Positions 13,661 through 29,163 of a stretch of 64,000 nt of DNA are shown here, piece after piece. The position numbers and the translations under genes are program-made. Source of the stretch: Chrysomallon squamiferum (Eukaryota > Animalia > Mollusca); the NCBI GenBank assembly GCA_012295275.1, contig CM022672.1:14012001-14076000 (forward strand), in the 5' to 3' direction. Positions within the stretch are counted from its first letter, which is position 1. Each line of letters begins with the position of its first letter. The notes beneath the pieces are model-generated. The model was not told the origin of the DNA. It was given only the letters and a program-made list of their open reading frames with translations, and searched no databases.

Positions 13661-14459
13661 ATTAACCACACAATGAAAACATATTTAAATTTACATTAGT
13701 ACGCACATTCTTGAGAGAAGTTTGAAGTTTTCATAACGACTGACAATGTTATAATGAATATTATACTAATTTGATAAAACAAAATAAAACACAATATTGA
13801 ACAGATTTTATTTAAACGTGAGTTTAACTGAAAACTTATAACAGGGTCTCTACGCATATGTGTATAGAATACTGAAAGTCATGATTATACTCTCTGAATC
13901 CGCCTGAAAAGAAAAAAAAAAAAAAGAAAGAAAAAAAAAATACACGATTAGACTAATATACGGTTATCATTATTATATTATTATTATTATCAGAATCATT
14001 ATTATTATTGTTAAGATACAGGTAGAAATCAGAAAGATTTATGGAGCCATAAAAACCTACTTTTATAAAATTTCCAGAATAGATACGTGTAAAAACACAC
14101 CCACACACACACACATCGACACCCACCCACCCACCCACATCTTTTCATGTCTAAACACTAATGAAATAACTTAGAACAATACAGCATGTACTGTGTTCAT
14201 CAGCTGACCGTTACGTCACTATTCAAACATATCTGAAGATTTCCGAGTCGGTGATTTTATGACAGGGGTCTCGTAGAGTGTGTATGTGTGTACGACTAAA
14301 TGATACTTTTTATTATTATTATTATTGCACCGGCGAGCTCGAAAATGACAGATCTAAAGGAATGTAAAACCAGAATTATTGTTAAATGAATAGACTAGCC
14401 GGAAATGTTGTCATCCAAATGTCCTTTTGAGTCTGTTCTCCGCCAGAGGATAACTCTGG

Positions 14460-14506
<47 letters not shown>

Positions 14507-14664
14507 ACATACACACACACATACACACGGCACACACATGCACACAAACACACACAAACATACACATACACACAATCACACACACACAGACACACACAAA
14601 CACACAGTAACGCACACATAATGGTGTATTTATAATACTTACGATATTCACTGTGGATTAATAA

Positions 14665-14710
14665 TTATGGCTTGTCGCAGACTTCAAATTTCCACCGTCT
14701 GTCTCTATCA

Positions 14711-14783
<73 letters not shown>

Positions 14784-15598
14784 GTGTCAGTGATAGCACT
14801 GGTAGTAATAATAGTAATAGTAATAGTATTACGAGTAACAACAACAACAACGACAAAAACAATAATAGTATTAATAGTAATAGTACTGGTAGTTTGTTTG
14901 ACGGTTGCTTTTATTTATTTATTTATTTATTTATGTGTTTGTTTAAAATAATATTGTACTTACTTATTAGAGTTGTTGTAGTAACTGAAAAAACCTTTCA
15001 GAATCTTGTTGCCTGGAACTCCATATTCAAAGAAAGCACGATAATCGTTCTGGTATTCAGTAAACTTGCAGTTCTTCAGTACTGCACCTGAAATAACCAG
15101 ATATAACAACAACAACAGTAATTATAATAATTATAATAATAGTAATCATCGTTATAAAATGATGAAACCTAAACAAAAATTAGTAATAATAAAAATCTCG
15201 TCACCACCATCATCAGCAGAAACAGCATCACCGGCAACATCATTAACATCGATAAAGATTATCACAGTAGTGGCTGTATTAGGAATAGTCATAGTCATGT
15301 AATTGTAGTAGTGGTAGTGGTTGTAGTGGTAATAGGAATAGAAGTGTATAGTAATTGTAATAATAGTGACAGCACTAGTAGCAGCAGTAGCAGTAGTAGT
15401 AGTAGTAGCAGTAGCAGTACTGGTAATAGTACTAGTAGTAGTGCTAGTGGTGAGTAACAGAAGTATAGTAATTGTAATAATAATAACAGTAGTAGACGTG
15501 ATACTAATATAACAATAATAGTAATAATATTAGATAAGAGCATTGGCAATGGTGGTATAGTATTAAGACTTAATTCAATAATAATAATAATAATAATA

Positions 15599-15641
<43 letters not shown>

Positions 15642-16761
15642 CAATGATGATGATGGTGATAAACTTGCGTACAAGTAACTGATTTTTATATTTCAGATAA
15701 ATTTCAATGGATAACCTGGTTTGGTACAGCAATGGAACTTGAAATCTCTGTCTTTTTTACCCATGTCGTAGTAGCTTGAGATGCCATTAATGAAGCCGTT
15801 GAATTGACACTGATATAACAGTGGCTCATTAAATGCTTTAAGATATCCTAAGCAGAGAGAAAAATTAAATAAATAAATACTATATTCTTTAAAAAATATT
15901 TTACCAAAAAATCGAATTCTTGTCAACTTAAAAAGTAACATAACAATAATTGTTTAATTTAAATTTTAAATTTTTTTTTTTTAATTATATGCAGATTTTG
16001 TAAATTGATGATTTTAGAGGTACGAAAATTTACAGTTTTTTAAATCCTTTTTATAATCTTTATTTTTAAAAAAGAATCGTTTTTTTTTTAGACTTAATTT
16101 TCAGAAAAAGAAAAGAAAATGATTATTATTTTAAAAAACAATGGATTTTGAGAACTGTTAGGACGTAAAACGGATTTATCCTGCACTTGACAAAGTGGAC
16201 TTATCCCACATCTGAAAACGAGGGATTATCCTGCACCTGTCATCAAGGATTTAATTATGCACCTAGCAAAAAGAGGAGAAATCCTGCATCTGATACAGAT
16301 TACGTTTGAGCTACTGTTGTGGACACACAAAACCATAAACATCTCACTACGACTCGAAAAAGCGCCTAAAAGAAAATATTTTATTTTTCACAATTACCCG
16401 ACCATGTACAATCATTCCACTTCTCGTTAAACCTGTCACAGGTAAAATCCCACATTCTGTCATGATTATAGTTGCTGTGTTTAGCAGTAATTCTTGTGAT
16501 AGTCCATCCTTTAAAGCATTTGATTCCAAATGGCACAGTCCACCAGTAGTTTGCCCACGAGTGTACGGCACGCACCGAACACAAAAGCACAGCAATATAG
16601 ACAGGGAACTTGGGAAAAAAATGTTTATGAAGATTCACAATGTATCCGATTATGTAATGTATATATTGAAGAGTCTGTATGTGTGTGTGTGTTTGCGAAT
16701 GTGTGTGTATAGTTGTACGTCTGTAAGTATGCAAATATGCATGAATATATATATACATGAT

Positions 16762-16838
<77 letters not shown>

Positions 16839-17316
16839 GTCTCTATGCATGTGTGTGCATGTGTGTGTGTATTTGTTTGTGTGGTATGACAGAAAGAGAG
16901 AAATTAGTTAATATTTTGTTAATAATTTGTTATATAATTTTTTAAATAAATACATTTATAAATGTGTATGTGAGAAAAGAAAAAGGAATAATTTTAAAAT
17001 TGAAAATTAAACAAATTAAAAAGAAATCAGTAAGCCACTACCTTATTTATAATTTAGGACAGACAAAAATTTATAAAGGAAAGAAAAAATTGCTAATCAT
17101 TATCCCAAATAAAACGATCTAGAAGTATCATTATGGATTCCTGAAAGTTTCTAAGACTAATTTCTAATTACTTTAAATAAATAAAAAAAATAAAAAATAT
17201 ATATATAAAAATAAAAACAAGTTTAATAAAATAGAATAAAACAAAGCTAAATAAAATTAAAATTAAAATTAAGTTAAATGAAATTATAATAGAATAAAAC
17301 ATCTTTTTACCTTCAT
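14665..17316 (-). CDS. Dermatopontin/HAAF-like secreted protein DPT1, 5 coding exons, 170 aa (divergent copy)
   Basis: Exons 17311-17316, 16398-16608, 15716-15847, 14964-15087 and 14665-14704; all introns GT-AG, phases 0/1/1/2, total 513 nt. Protein: MKFPVYIAVLLCSVRAVHS (signal peptide) WANYWW...HSNYNHDRMWDFTC...CTWSGY...YYDMGKKDRDFKFHCC...YYNNSNKDRRWKFEVCDKP*, with three DR-x-W/F dermatopontin repeats. Confidence 0.9.
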
Positions 17317-17358
17317 TTCACTGTCACCGTAACAGGTCCACCTTGTGAATGAGAGAGT

Positions 17359-17450
17359 GAGCTGCTGTGAAGCAAGTACTGCGACAGACAAAAGTTCTAC
17401 CAGACTTTTAAAGAGACCAGAGCGAGCTGCTGTGAAGCACATCTGCGACA
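17359..17450 (-). promoter_or_regulatory. Putative core promoter / 5' UTR 65-bp unit of DPT1 (also 27043-27134 and 49899-50120)
   Basis: Lies directly upstream of the ATG exon. On the sense strand TTTAAAAG sits about 31 nt before an Inr-like GCAGT. Function is inferred. Confidence 0.4.
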
Positions 17451-19335
17451 AATTAATAAATGAGTGAAATGTATATATGAAATAATAAATAAGTTCCTAA
17501 AAAATATTCTAAAAAAAACAAACAAAAAACCCCAACAAAAAACAACATAAAAATAAAAATAATAAAAATAAATAAATAAACAAAGTAAAATAAAACAAAA
17601 TTTCCCATTAATCTGGTTTCCAAATTACTTCCCAGAATAGCTCATTACAATCACTGAAATAAATCACATAAAACTGAATTATCTGTTGATTCTGCGGCTC
17701 AAGTAAGTCGAGGTTTGTGTTGTAAAAGATATCATTTTATTTATTTATTTATTTATTTATCAACGTTATTACACAAACACAGAGATATGTATGTATGTAT
17801 GTACGTACATACGTATGTATGTATGTATGTATGTATGTATGTATGTATGTATGTATGTATGTATGTGTATATTTATATATAAAAGAAAGAATGAATAAGA
17901 GAGGTTAGAGAAAGAGAAAGAGAGAGTCATTTGAAAACCAGTAAGTACACATCAACATCTTGGATAGCTAATTGTAGTAGCAGTAGTAGTCGTAGTAGCA
18001 ATAGCAGAAGTAGCAGCAACAACAGCAGCAGTATTAAAACCAAATGAAATGAGAAACCTAACATAAACTGCTTTTATTTTAATTTAATTTAGAAATACTA
18101 TATAAGAAGTATAGATTTGTCTGCAAATTTAAAAAATGGAAACTACAGATCAAATTGAAGAGTCTGTGTAGAGTTCTCAGATATCCCAAGAGGTCCACTT
18201 GTACTTAAGCTCAGTTTGTATCCAAGTGCGTTCGAACTCTATCATTTTATTTATTTATTTATATGTAGGAAACGTATTTTTTGTTTTGTTTTTGTTTTAT
18301 GCTTTATTGTTAGCCTTTTGTTAGTGCTAAATTTGTGTTAATTCTTTAATCCAAAATTGTGGTTGTAAATGTAAAACTTAATTCGATGTTTTAATGTATA
18401 ATAATACATACGGCTATTACAAGTCATCCTGGTTTAAGAAAAGAAAAATTGTGTACTCTTATTATATTATAAAATATTAAATATCTGAATTAAGTATATA
18501 ACTGAATTTATCATTTGTTTGTTTTACTATATTTAATTTTCAAGGTTTGTAATTCTTACATATTATGTCTATTTGCTGCAAATTTGCTGAATTTTTATTT
18601 CACGAAAATGAAGAATAAATTTCAAAACCTGTTTTCCCATGTTCTCACGTTTTTGTTAGTCATATGGCGAAATAGAATACAACTACATAACTGCCAAAGA
18701 AAATTTTATTCACGAAACAGTCTAGTGAACTTTGAAGAACGGTTGAATGAAAGAAATAATGAATGAACTTTAAAAAAAAAGAATTAAACATAAATATAAA
18801 AGTTTAAAATAAATGTATAAATGACTGAGTGAAATATCTAGTTTTAAAAATTAATTATCCGAGGATAACAATATAAGAAATAAATAAATAAAATACAACA
18901 CTTTTCGTTCACGTTGTACACCACCTACACAAACAAGTACATTTCCAGACTGTCATCTACACCCACACTACAGTATTGCATAATAAATGCCACTTTATAC
19001 ATATGTTTTTGAAGTATACCATGTGACCTTCAGTTCATTGAATAGTATTTCAAACTCACTGAAAACAATGCAACAGATTTTATGGTCATTAAAATCTGCA
19101 GTTACAACGAAGCAACATTTCCACATAACTGTTACTATAGTCCTAAAAATGTCTAATATATTCTTAAGAGAATTTAAAAAATGTATAATTAAAACAAACA
19201 CACACACAAACACATACACAGACGCACAGACAGATACGCGGCGCTGTTGAAGATGTCATTATCCCCTCGATCATTATTTAATCAAAAGTATTTTCAAATA
19301 TAAATAAGAAGCAGTTTTTTCTTTGTTATCCAATA

Positions 19336-19371
<36 letters not shown>

Positions 19372-19440
19372 AATGAAATCTAAAACAACATAAACCAGAT
19401 TTAAAATCTAAAACAACATAAACCAGAGAGAAAATATAAA

Positions 19441-19579
<139 letters not shown>

Positions 19580-22457
19580 AACAAACAAAAGGATAGATAA
19601 TTTCAATTTGCAAAATTAAGGAAACACAAGAGATATCAGTTTTAATTCAGATTAGCTGTTGATGCTGATAAAACAAATCTTGATGTTTTTATAATGACTC
19701 ACATTAATCAGTACCTCAGAAGTCAGTGCGGGTATTGAACATTAGACTGCTTTAAAACAGTTAAATATTTTATTTCCTGACTTCCTTCAGATCACTATTA
19801 CTATTACTACTGTTATTATTGTTGTTGTTATATTTAGTAGTACTACTACTACTTCTATTACTATTACTGCCATGGTCGTATTACTACTACCACTACAAGA
19901 ATATCCAATGTTACTGCTGGTTTTACTACTAATGCTACTATCTCAGCTACTACTATTACTTCTATTACAGCTCCTACTACTATTGGTATTACTACTACTA
20001 CTATTATTACGACTTTTACTACTTCTGCTAATACTACAACAATAAGAACAAAACAATAGTTACAACTGCTACTATTACTATTTCTTCTGCTACTACCATT
20101 ACTTTTATTACTACTACTCCTTTTACCACCACTATTACAACAAAACAGCAACAACAGTTACTACTGCTACTATTACTACTACTACTGGTACTACTACTAC
20201 TACAACTACTACTACTATTACTACTACTACTACTACTGCGATTAGAACCATCATTACACAGATTACTTGATAAAGACAAATTGTTTAATGTTTCTATTTC
20301 AAATGATTATTTTTTCTTCGTCTAAACAGAAAGTTGGTTTGGCGAAGACCTTTAAGCAGTAAATGAGTGGAATGTAGAAAATAAAATTAACCATCTTTTT
20401 TTTTTTTTTTAGACCACAAAGTAATACATTAATCTAGAAGAAAATATTTACCAAACCAAGCTGTTACCATTGCATGTTTAGTTTTAATGGTCGCAATATT
20501 TTTCTTTTTCAGATATACATTTTTCTAAATCGGGACCACCTGCTACTAAATATATCAGACCCTTCCCCCCCCCATTTCTCGAAGGTTATGAAATAAGAAA
20601 CAGTACCAAGACAGATGGTGCTGCAATCAATACTGAATTTATTTCAATTAATATATGCAGGAAATTTAATTTAATTTTCGTATTTTTAACGCTTTAAGTA
20701 AATTGGTCAGCATTTATGTAGGTGTTTTTAACAGTTTATTTTATTTAGCGGTTAAAGGTTATGTCGTTTTGTTTCGCTGCGTGGTTTTGTGTGAAAAATT
20801 GGCGTTCAGACAAATACAAAGTTAAATCTTTAAAAATGGCTATGATGGGATTTTTAAATTCTATTGTAACTGATTTTTCTCATTTTTATTTCTTTACTAT
20901 ACCTACAACAACAACTAAAACAACAATAACAACAACAGTAACAACAACCACAGCAACGATTATTACAATTACTATTGCTGCTACAACTGCAACTACTACT
21001 TCTACTACTGCTGTTGTTACTACTGCTGCTACTATTACTGTTCCTATTATTAATGCTAATATTATTACTGCTACTACAACTACTGCCACTATTATTACTA
21101 CTGCTACAATTACTGCTACTAGTACTTCTAGTACATCTGCTACTACCACCACTACTGCTACTGCTGCTTTTACTATTAGAAAACATCTTCATCCAAACCC
21201 TCCTGATGGAAACCAAGTTAGTCACGACGCAAAATACAAACTGTAAAGAATAAATATACACGTGTTTTAATTCAGTACATTTTGCCAGTGTTTCAGTGTT
21301 TTTATTTTTTTATCACCCAATAATTTATTGTTTGTAAAGATTATATTCCGGATAATAATTATCTGTAAATAATTGCTTAATAATGATAATTGTATTTAGT
21401 TTTATCCAGTGAATTTACTCAATTTATAAAATCTTAGATTTAAAAGACGATTACATCTTCTTCTGTCATACTAGAATGGAGCAGCAGATGAATTTCTTCA
21501 GAAGTTTACACTTTGTCATTTATTATGAAGAAAATGGGCGCGAGTTTCCAGTTAACCATAGATTTCACACATTAACCTAAATAGGACAGAAGATAGAATT
21601 AGTCTGGTCCTTTTCCATCTATTAATTTGAATGAATCAATACCATGTAATGTTATCTATCTTTTTACTTGAATGCTATGGTTTTCTAAAAATGCGGACAT
21701 GTTTTTCTTCGCTTCACTTTAAAGGAACATTATCTTTTGAATAATTTCAGGTAGTTTGAAAATAATGGATCCGTTGGTAAATGCTTGCTGTATAATTTCA
21801 AATGTCTGTGAAAGCATAGTTAAGTCATCGTATCCACTTCATGATTCTGAGCATGCATTAAAATGGTTTTATCATAACACCGGTTAACCAAACACTTCTT
21901 CCTGTGGACACAGAACTTAATTTTATGTCAGCGGATAAAATGTAACGTCCATTATGGAATACTTTTTGTTAATCTTTAATTTCAGTTTAAATTATAATTT
22001 ATATCATCCTGTAGCCATTTCACTTTGATTCCAACGGCAAATATTTATACGTACAATTTTTTGTTAATCTTTAAGTTCAATTTAAGTTATAATTTGTATT
22101 ATCCTGTACCCATTTCACTTTGATTCCAACGGCAAATATTTATACGTACAATTTTAATTTTTCAATTCTCAAATACATTTAGTTGATTTTTATTCATATC
22201 GTTCTAACGTCATGCACATGTTTCTGAATACCCAGCAGATTATAGACATCCCGGAGTTGTTTTCCCTGTGGCACAAACTACATCTGGACGCAGGCAAATC
22301 TCTCACTCGCCTTCCTCGAGTTACGACAAGAACTAGTAGGACATTTGGGATGATCTTCAGTCTCTACATGTAACGTCCATTTCCGTTTTTGGAAGCAGAA
22401 GAAAAATTTCTACAACTCTGAGTCCACGATATCGCATGAACATGACTTTAAAGTCTA

Positions 22458-22501
<44 letters not shown>

Positions 22502-23094
22502 CATTATTATTATTTTCTTAAATATTCTTAACTTTATTTTATTTATTAATTTAAAAAAATAAAAATAAAAATATTTTTTTTTAATTGAGATCACATGGTT
22601 TCTGAAATAGCGGAGATCTAGCACTTTGGCATCCATTTTAACGCTAATTTTTGAAAGAATCAAGCCGACTTAAGTAATGATTTTCTCACTTCTTGTTTCA
22701 TCTAGAAATGATGTTTTTTAATTATTCTTAAATGATATTCAAAAGCAGTATTCGTAATGGCAGCAGCGACAACAACAGGATTAGTATCAGAAACTCAAAA
22801 ACAAACAAACTGCATGTTTAAAAACGCTTTTACTACCTTTTTTATTTTATTTTATTTTATTTATTTTTATTTTTTGCACTCTGAATTATTTAACATTAAA
22901 CTAAAAAATAAACAAAAAAGATATTTAAAAACGCTTTTACTACCTTTTTTATTTTTTATTTTCAGTGCGGGTTTTGTTGTGTTTTAAGTATATTAATTGT
23001 TTTAAATAAATCACTCCAACTTTAGTTATAAAAGAATAGAATGGATTTGTGAATCATTTATCATTTTTGTCATTTCGTTATTATTTAATGCTAT

Positions 23095-23182
<88 letters not shown>

Positions 23183-24008
23183 ATTAACCACACAATGAAA
23201 ACATATTTAAATTTACATTAGTACATACATTCTTGAGAGAAGTTTGAAGTTTTCATAACGACTGACAATGTTATAATGAATATTATACTAATTTGATAAA
23301 ACAAAATAAAACACAATATTGAACAGATTTTATTTAAACGTGAGTTTAACTGAAAACTTATAACAGTAACTCTACGCATATGTGTATAGAATACTGAAAG
23401 TCATGATTATACTCTCTGAATCCGCCTGAAAAGAAAAAAAGAAGGAAGAAAGAAAAAAAATACACGATTAGACTAATATACGGTTATCATTATTATATTA
23501 TTATTATTATTATATCATTATTATTATTGTTAAGATATAGGTAGAAATCAGAAAGGTTTATGGAGCCATAAAAACCTACTTCCAGAATAGATATGTACAG
23601 ATACATATGTGTAAACAGACGCACACACACACGCGCGCGCGCGCGCACATCGACCCCCCCCCCCCGCCCCCCGCACATCATTTCAGGTCTAAACACTAAT
23701 GAAATAACTTAGAACAATACAGCATGTACTGTGTTCATCAGCTGACCGTTACGTCACTATTCAAACATATCTGAAGATTTCCGAGTCGGTGATTTTATGA
23801 CAGGGGTCTCGTAGAGTGTGTATGTGTGTACGACTAAATGATACTTTTTATTATTATTATTATTGCACCGGCGAGCTCGAAAATGACAGATCTAAAGGAA
23901 TGTAAAACCAGAATTATTGTTAAATGAGTAGACTAGCCGGAAATGTTGTCATCCAAATGTCCTTTTGAGTCTGTTCTCCGCCAGAGGATAACTCTGGTTC
24001 ACACACAC

Positions 24009-24062
<54 letters not shown>

Positions 24063-24204
24063 CACACACATGCACACAAACACACACAAACATACACACA
24101 CACACATACACACAATCACACACACACAGACACACACAAACACACAGTAACGCACACATAATGGTGTATTTATAATACTTACGATATTCACTGTGGATTA
24201 ATAA

Positions 24205-24277
24205 TTATGGCTTGTCGCAGACTTCAAATTTCCACCGTCTGTTTCTATCAAATAATAATAATAATAATAATAATAAC

Positions 24278-24347
<70 letters not shown>

Positions 24348-24551
24348 TCAGTGATAGCACTAGTAGTAATAATAATAGTAATAGTATTACGAGTAACAAC
24401 AGCAACTACGACAACAACGAGAACAACAACAACAATAATAATAATAATAATAACTGTAATTGTAAATACAGTAATAGTAGTAATAGTAATAGTACTGGTA
24501 GTTTGTTTGATGGTTGCTTTTATTTATTTATTTATTTATTTATTTATTAAT

Positions 24552-24602
<51 letters not shown>

Positions 24603-25337
24603 TGTGTTTCATTAAAATAATACTGTACTTACCTATGAACGTTGTTGTGGTAACTGAAAACACCTCTTAGAACCTTGTTCCTAGGAACTTCATAATGAAA
24701 GAAAGCTTGAAAATCGTTCTGGTATTTATCAGTGAACCTGCAGTTCTTCAATATTGTATCTGAAATAACCAGATATTATACCTGAAATAACAACAACAAC
24801 AACAACAACAACAAAAACAGTAATTAAAATAATTATAACAATAGTAATCATCGTTATAAAATGATGAAACCTAAACAAAAATTAGTAATAATAAAAATCT
24901 CGTCACCGTCATCATCATCAGCAGCAACAGCGTCACCGGCAACATCATTAACATGGTTAAAGTTTATCACAGTAGTGGCTGTATTAACAATAGTCATAGT
25001 CATGTAATAGTAGTAGTAGCAGCATTAGTAGTAGTAGTAGTGATAGTAGGAATAGAAGTGTATAGTAATTGTAATAATAGTGACAGCAGTAGTAGCAGCA
25101 GTAGCAGTAGTAGTAGTAGTAGCAGTAGTAGCAGTAGCAGCAGCAGTACTGGTAGTAGTACTAGTAGTAGTGGTAATAGTGAGTAATAGAAGCATAGTAA
25201 TTGTAATAATAATAACAGTAGTAGACGTGATACTAATATAACAATAGTAGTAATAATATTAGATAAGAGCGTTGGCAGTGGTGGTAGTAGTATTAAGACT
25301 TAATTCAATAATAGTAATAATAATAATAATAATAATA

Positions 25338-25385
<48 letters not shown>

Positions 25386-26412
25386 GTGATAAACTTGCGT
25401 ACAAATAACAAATTTTTATATTTCAGATAAATTTCAGTGGATAACCTGGTTTGGAACAGCAGCGGATCTTGAAATCTTTGTCTTTCTTAGAGTTGTCGTA
25501 GTAGCTTAACATGCCATTAATGAAGCTGTCGGATTCACACTGATACAGCACTTCGCTATCATCTTCCTTCCGATTTTCTAAGCAGGGAGAAATATAAAAT
25601 AAATAAAATCTATGTTGTTTGAAAAATATTTTACTAAACAATCTAATTTTCGTCAGCTTAATAAGCAACATAACAATAATTGTTTTATTTAAATTTTAAA
25701 TTAGTTTTTTTTTTTAATTTAAGCAGATTTTGTAAATTGATGATTTTAGACATACGAAAATTGTACATTTTTTTAAATCCTTTTTATAATTTTTACTCTT
25801 AAAAAAGAATCCTTTTTTTAGACATAATTTTCAGAAAAAGAAAAGAAAATGATTATTATTTTAAAAAAAAAAATGGATTTTGAGAACAGTTAGGACGTAA
25901 AACGGATTTATCCTGCACTTGACAAAGTGGACTTATCCTGCATCTGAAAACGAGGGATTATCCTGCACCTGTCATCGAGGATTTAATTATGCACCTAGCA
26001 AAAAGAGGAGAAATCCTGCATCTGATACAGATTACGTTTGAGCTACTGTTGTGGACATAGAAAACCCCAAACATCTCACTACGACTCGAAAAAGCGCCTA
26101 AAAAAAAATATTTTATTTTTCACAATTACCCGACCATGTACAAGTAGTATTCGAGTTCCCATTAATGTTGACACACATAAAAGTCCATTTTCTGTCATCA
26201 TAAGTGTTGCTGTTTTTAGTGGCAATACTTCCGATGCTCCATCCGTCACGGCAACTGAACTTAGATAGCTGACGTGTCTGGTCGTTTAACCACCCGTGTT
26301 TAGCGCTTGCACAGACCGAGCAGCACAACAGCACAGCTAAGAAGACTGGCAACTTGGGAAAACATTTTTATTATAATCACAATGTAATCCGACTATGTAA
26401 TGTATATATTGG

Positions 26413-26451
<39 letters not shown>

Positions 26452-26496
26452 GAATGTGTGTTTATAGTTGTACGTCTGTAAGTATGTAAATATGCA

Positions 26497-26543
<47 letters not shown>

Positions 26544-26992
26544 GTCTCTATGCATGTGTGTGTATGTTTGTGTGTGTGTCTGTGTGTATGTGTTTGTGAG
26601 AGAGAGATGTGTTAATAATTGACGTTATATATTTTTTTAAATAAATATATTTATAAATGTGTATATGAGAAAAATAATAATTATAAAATTGAAAATTAAA
26701 AAAAAAAAAAAAAAAAGAAGTCAATAAGTCACTACCTTATTTAACATTTAGGACAGACAGGAATATATAAAGGAAAAAATAAATTGCTATTCATTATCCC
26801 AAATTAAACGTCCTAGAAGTATTATTATTATGGATTCATAAAAGTTTCTAAGTTTAATTTCTAATTACTTTAAACAAAGGAAAAAAAAAAATGAAAGTTT
26901 AATAAAATAGAATAAAACAAAGCTAAATAAAATTAAAATTAAAATTAAATTAAATTAAATTAAAATAGAATAAAACATCTTTTTACCTTCAT
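24205..26992 (-). CDS. Dermatopontin/HAAF-like secreted protein DPT2, 5 coding exons, 175 aa (divergent copy)
   Basis: Exons 26987-26992, 26130-26352, 25446-25577, 24633-24759 and 24205-24244; same phases as DPT1, 528 nt open. Repeats read NSNTYDDRKW, YYDNSKKDKDF and YHNNVHRNRRW. Caveat: a duplicated acceptor 22 nt upstream of exon 4 would shift the frame if used. Confidence 0.85.
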
Positions 26993-27252
26993 TTCACTGT
27001 CACCGTAACAGGTCCGCCTTGTGAGTGAGTGAGTGAGAGAGTGAGCTGCTGTGAAGCAAGTACTGCGACAGACAAAAGTTCTACCAGACTTTTAAAGAGA
27101 CCAGAGCGAGCTGCTGTGAAGCACATCTGCGACAAATTAATAAATGAGTGAAATGTATATGAAATAATAAATGTCTAAATAACGTGAAATTTAATAAGAA
27201 CGTTGATCAGTGGGTAATTTAATCTCTTTAGTATGTACCAGGAATTAACACT

Positions 27253-27440
<188 letters not shown>

Positions 27441-27694
27441 ACTTTTTATAAGCATTAAAATAAAAATCTTATTATTGTTTTTAATGTTCCTAAATGATTA
27501 AAAAATATTCTAAAAAAAAAATCTAATAACTAAATAAAATAAAATAAAGTAAAATTTCCCATTAAACGCAGGACAGCTCATTACACTCACTGAAATAAAT
27601 CACATTAAACTGAATTATCTGTTGATTCTGCGGCTCGAGTAAGCCGAGTTTTGTGTTGCATTTTACTTATTTATTTATTTATATATCAACGTTA

Positions 27695-27743
<49 letters not shown>

Positions 27744-29132
27744 TGTAAGTATATATATGTTTGTAAAGATATCTCTCTTTATAAACGTGTGTGTGTGTGT
27801 ATGTGTGTATATATATATAAATAAAAAAGAAAGAATGAATAAGAGAGGTTAGAGAAAGAGAAAGAGAGAGTCATTTGAAAACCCGTAGGAATGCATTAAC
27901 ATCTTGGATAGCTAATTGTAGTAGCAGTAGTCGTCGTAGTAGCAATAGCAGAAGTAGCAGCAGCAACAGCAGCAACAGCAGCAGCAGCAGCAGTATTAAA
28001 AACAAATGAAATGAGAAACCTGCTTTATTTCATTATAAATATATATACACGTTAATATTTCTTATCAACTTATCATTTTTCTTGTTCTCGTTCATCGTCT
28101 TGCTATTTACTTATTTATTTATTGCCATAATCATAACGTATGATATATCTACTGCTTCTTTAACCGGGACGGATACTGGTTGTTACGTCACAACACCCGG
28201 CAACAGTTGCAGTTGTAATTTGATAAATTGTAAGGCAGCGACCCAGTGTTTAAACGTTGGTAGCTAATCAGTAGGAAATATCGTTCGGGTGGCGGTTCTG
28301 ACTGACTGCTTTGTTAAAATGCACAGACTGATTTCACGTGTTATATTTACCCGTTGTTTTTCTTCTTCTTCCTAACTTAATTTCTACATAGGAAAGACCA
28401 GCTAATTGCTGTTTGTGAGTGAAGAATGCTTGTTATCATTACATCTAAACAAAGGCACTTGAAAACTATAGCGAACACAATACTCTAGATTATAGGATGA
28501 GATATTAGGCCAGACAACACCACGTGACTTACGTCTATTGTTGTGAAATAATTACCACTGTGATGTTGTTAAACGTAAGACTTAAATAATAATACTGATC
28601 TAATGGAAGACTGTCAGTTAATGTACAGTTGACAAGTTACTAAAAGTTAGTTTGTAAATCTGTGAAAGTTTTCTTTTGTACAGTGAGTGCTTTTTTAAAT
28701 AACACTGTTTGTTTTGCACAGGGTACATCTGCTTGGTTCCACATTAATCAAAGGTCATGGTTTTTGCTGTTTTGATTACAGTAAAATGTCCTAGCAGATC
28801 AGTTAAAACTATTAATATCAAACAAGAAACACACACGCATTTATAAAGAAAACTAAAATAGTCTTTAAAAATAAAAATCCTTTTATTAAAATAATTTTAA
28901 AAATTCAGAATTATTAAATATAGTTTCTAACATAAACTGCTTTTATTTTAATTTAATTTTAAAATACTATTTAAGAAGTATAGATTTGTCTGTAAATTAA
29001 AAAAAAAAAAAAAAAAGACAAAAAAAAACTATAGATCAAATTGAAGAGTCTGTGTAGAGTTCTCAGATATCCCAAGAGGTCCACTTGTACTTAAGTTCAG
29101 TTTGTATCCAAGTGCGTTCGAACTGGATCATT

Positions 29133-29163
<31 letters not shown>

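Noticed and set aside
14382-15732. Many ORF-track entries with poly-N/I/L/S/T/V, ER, SL, HT or CV runs (also at about 6.7-7.2, 19-21, 24, 27, 33-35, 46-48, 53 and 57-59 kb)
   Set aside because: They are translations of microsatellites. Only the embedded DPT exon segments are supported.
20761-21246. Thr-rich mucin-like ORF repeated at 57818-58201
   Set aside because: A cryptic ACT/GCT trinucleotide tract inside a recent inverted duplication. It is open in several frames and has no splice or signal-peptide support.
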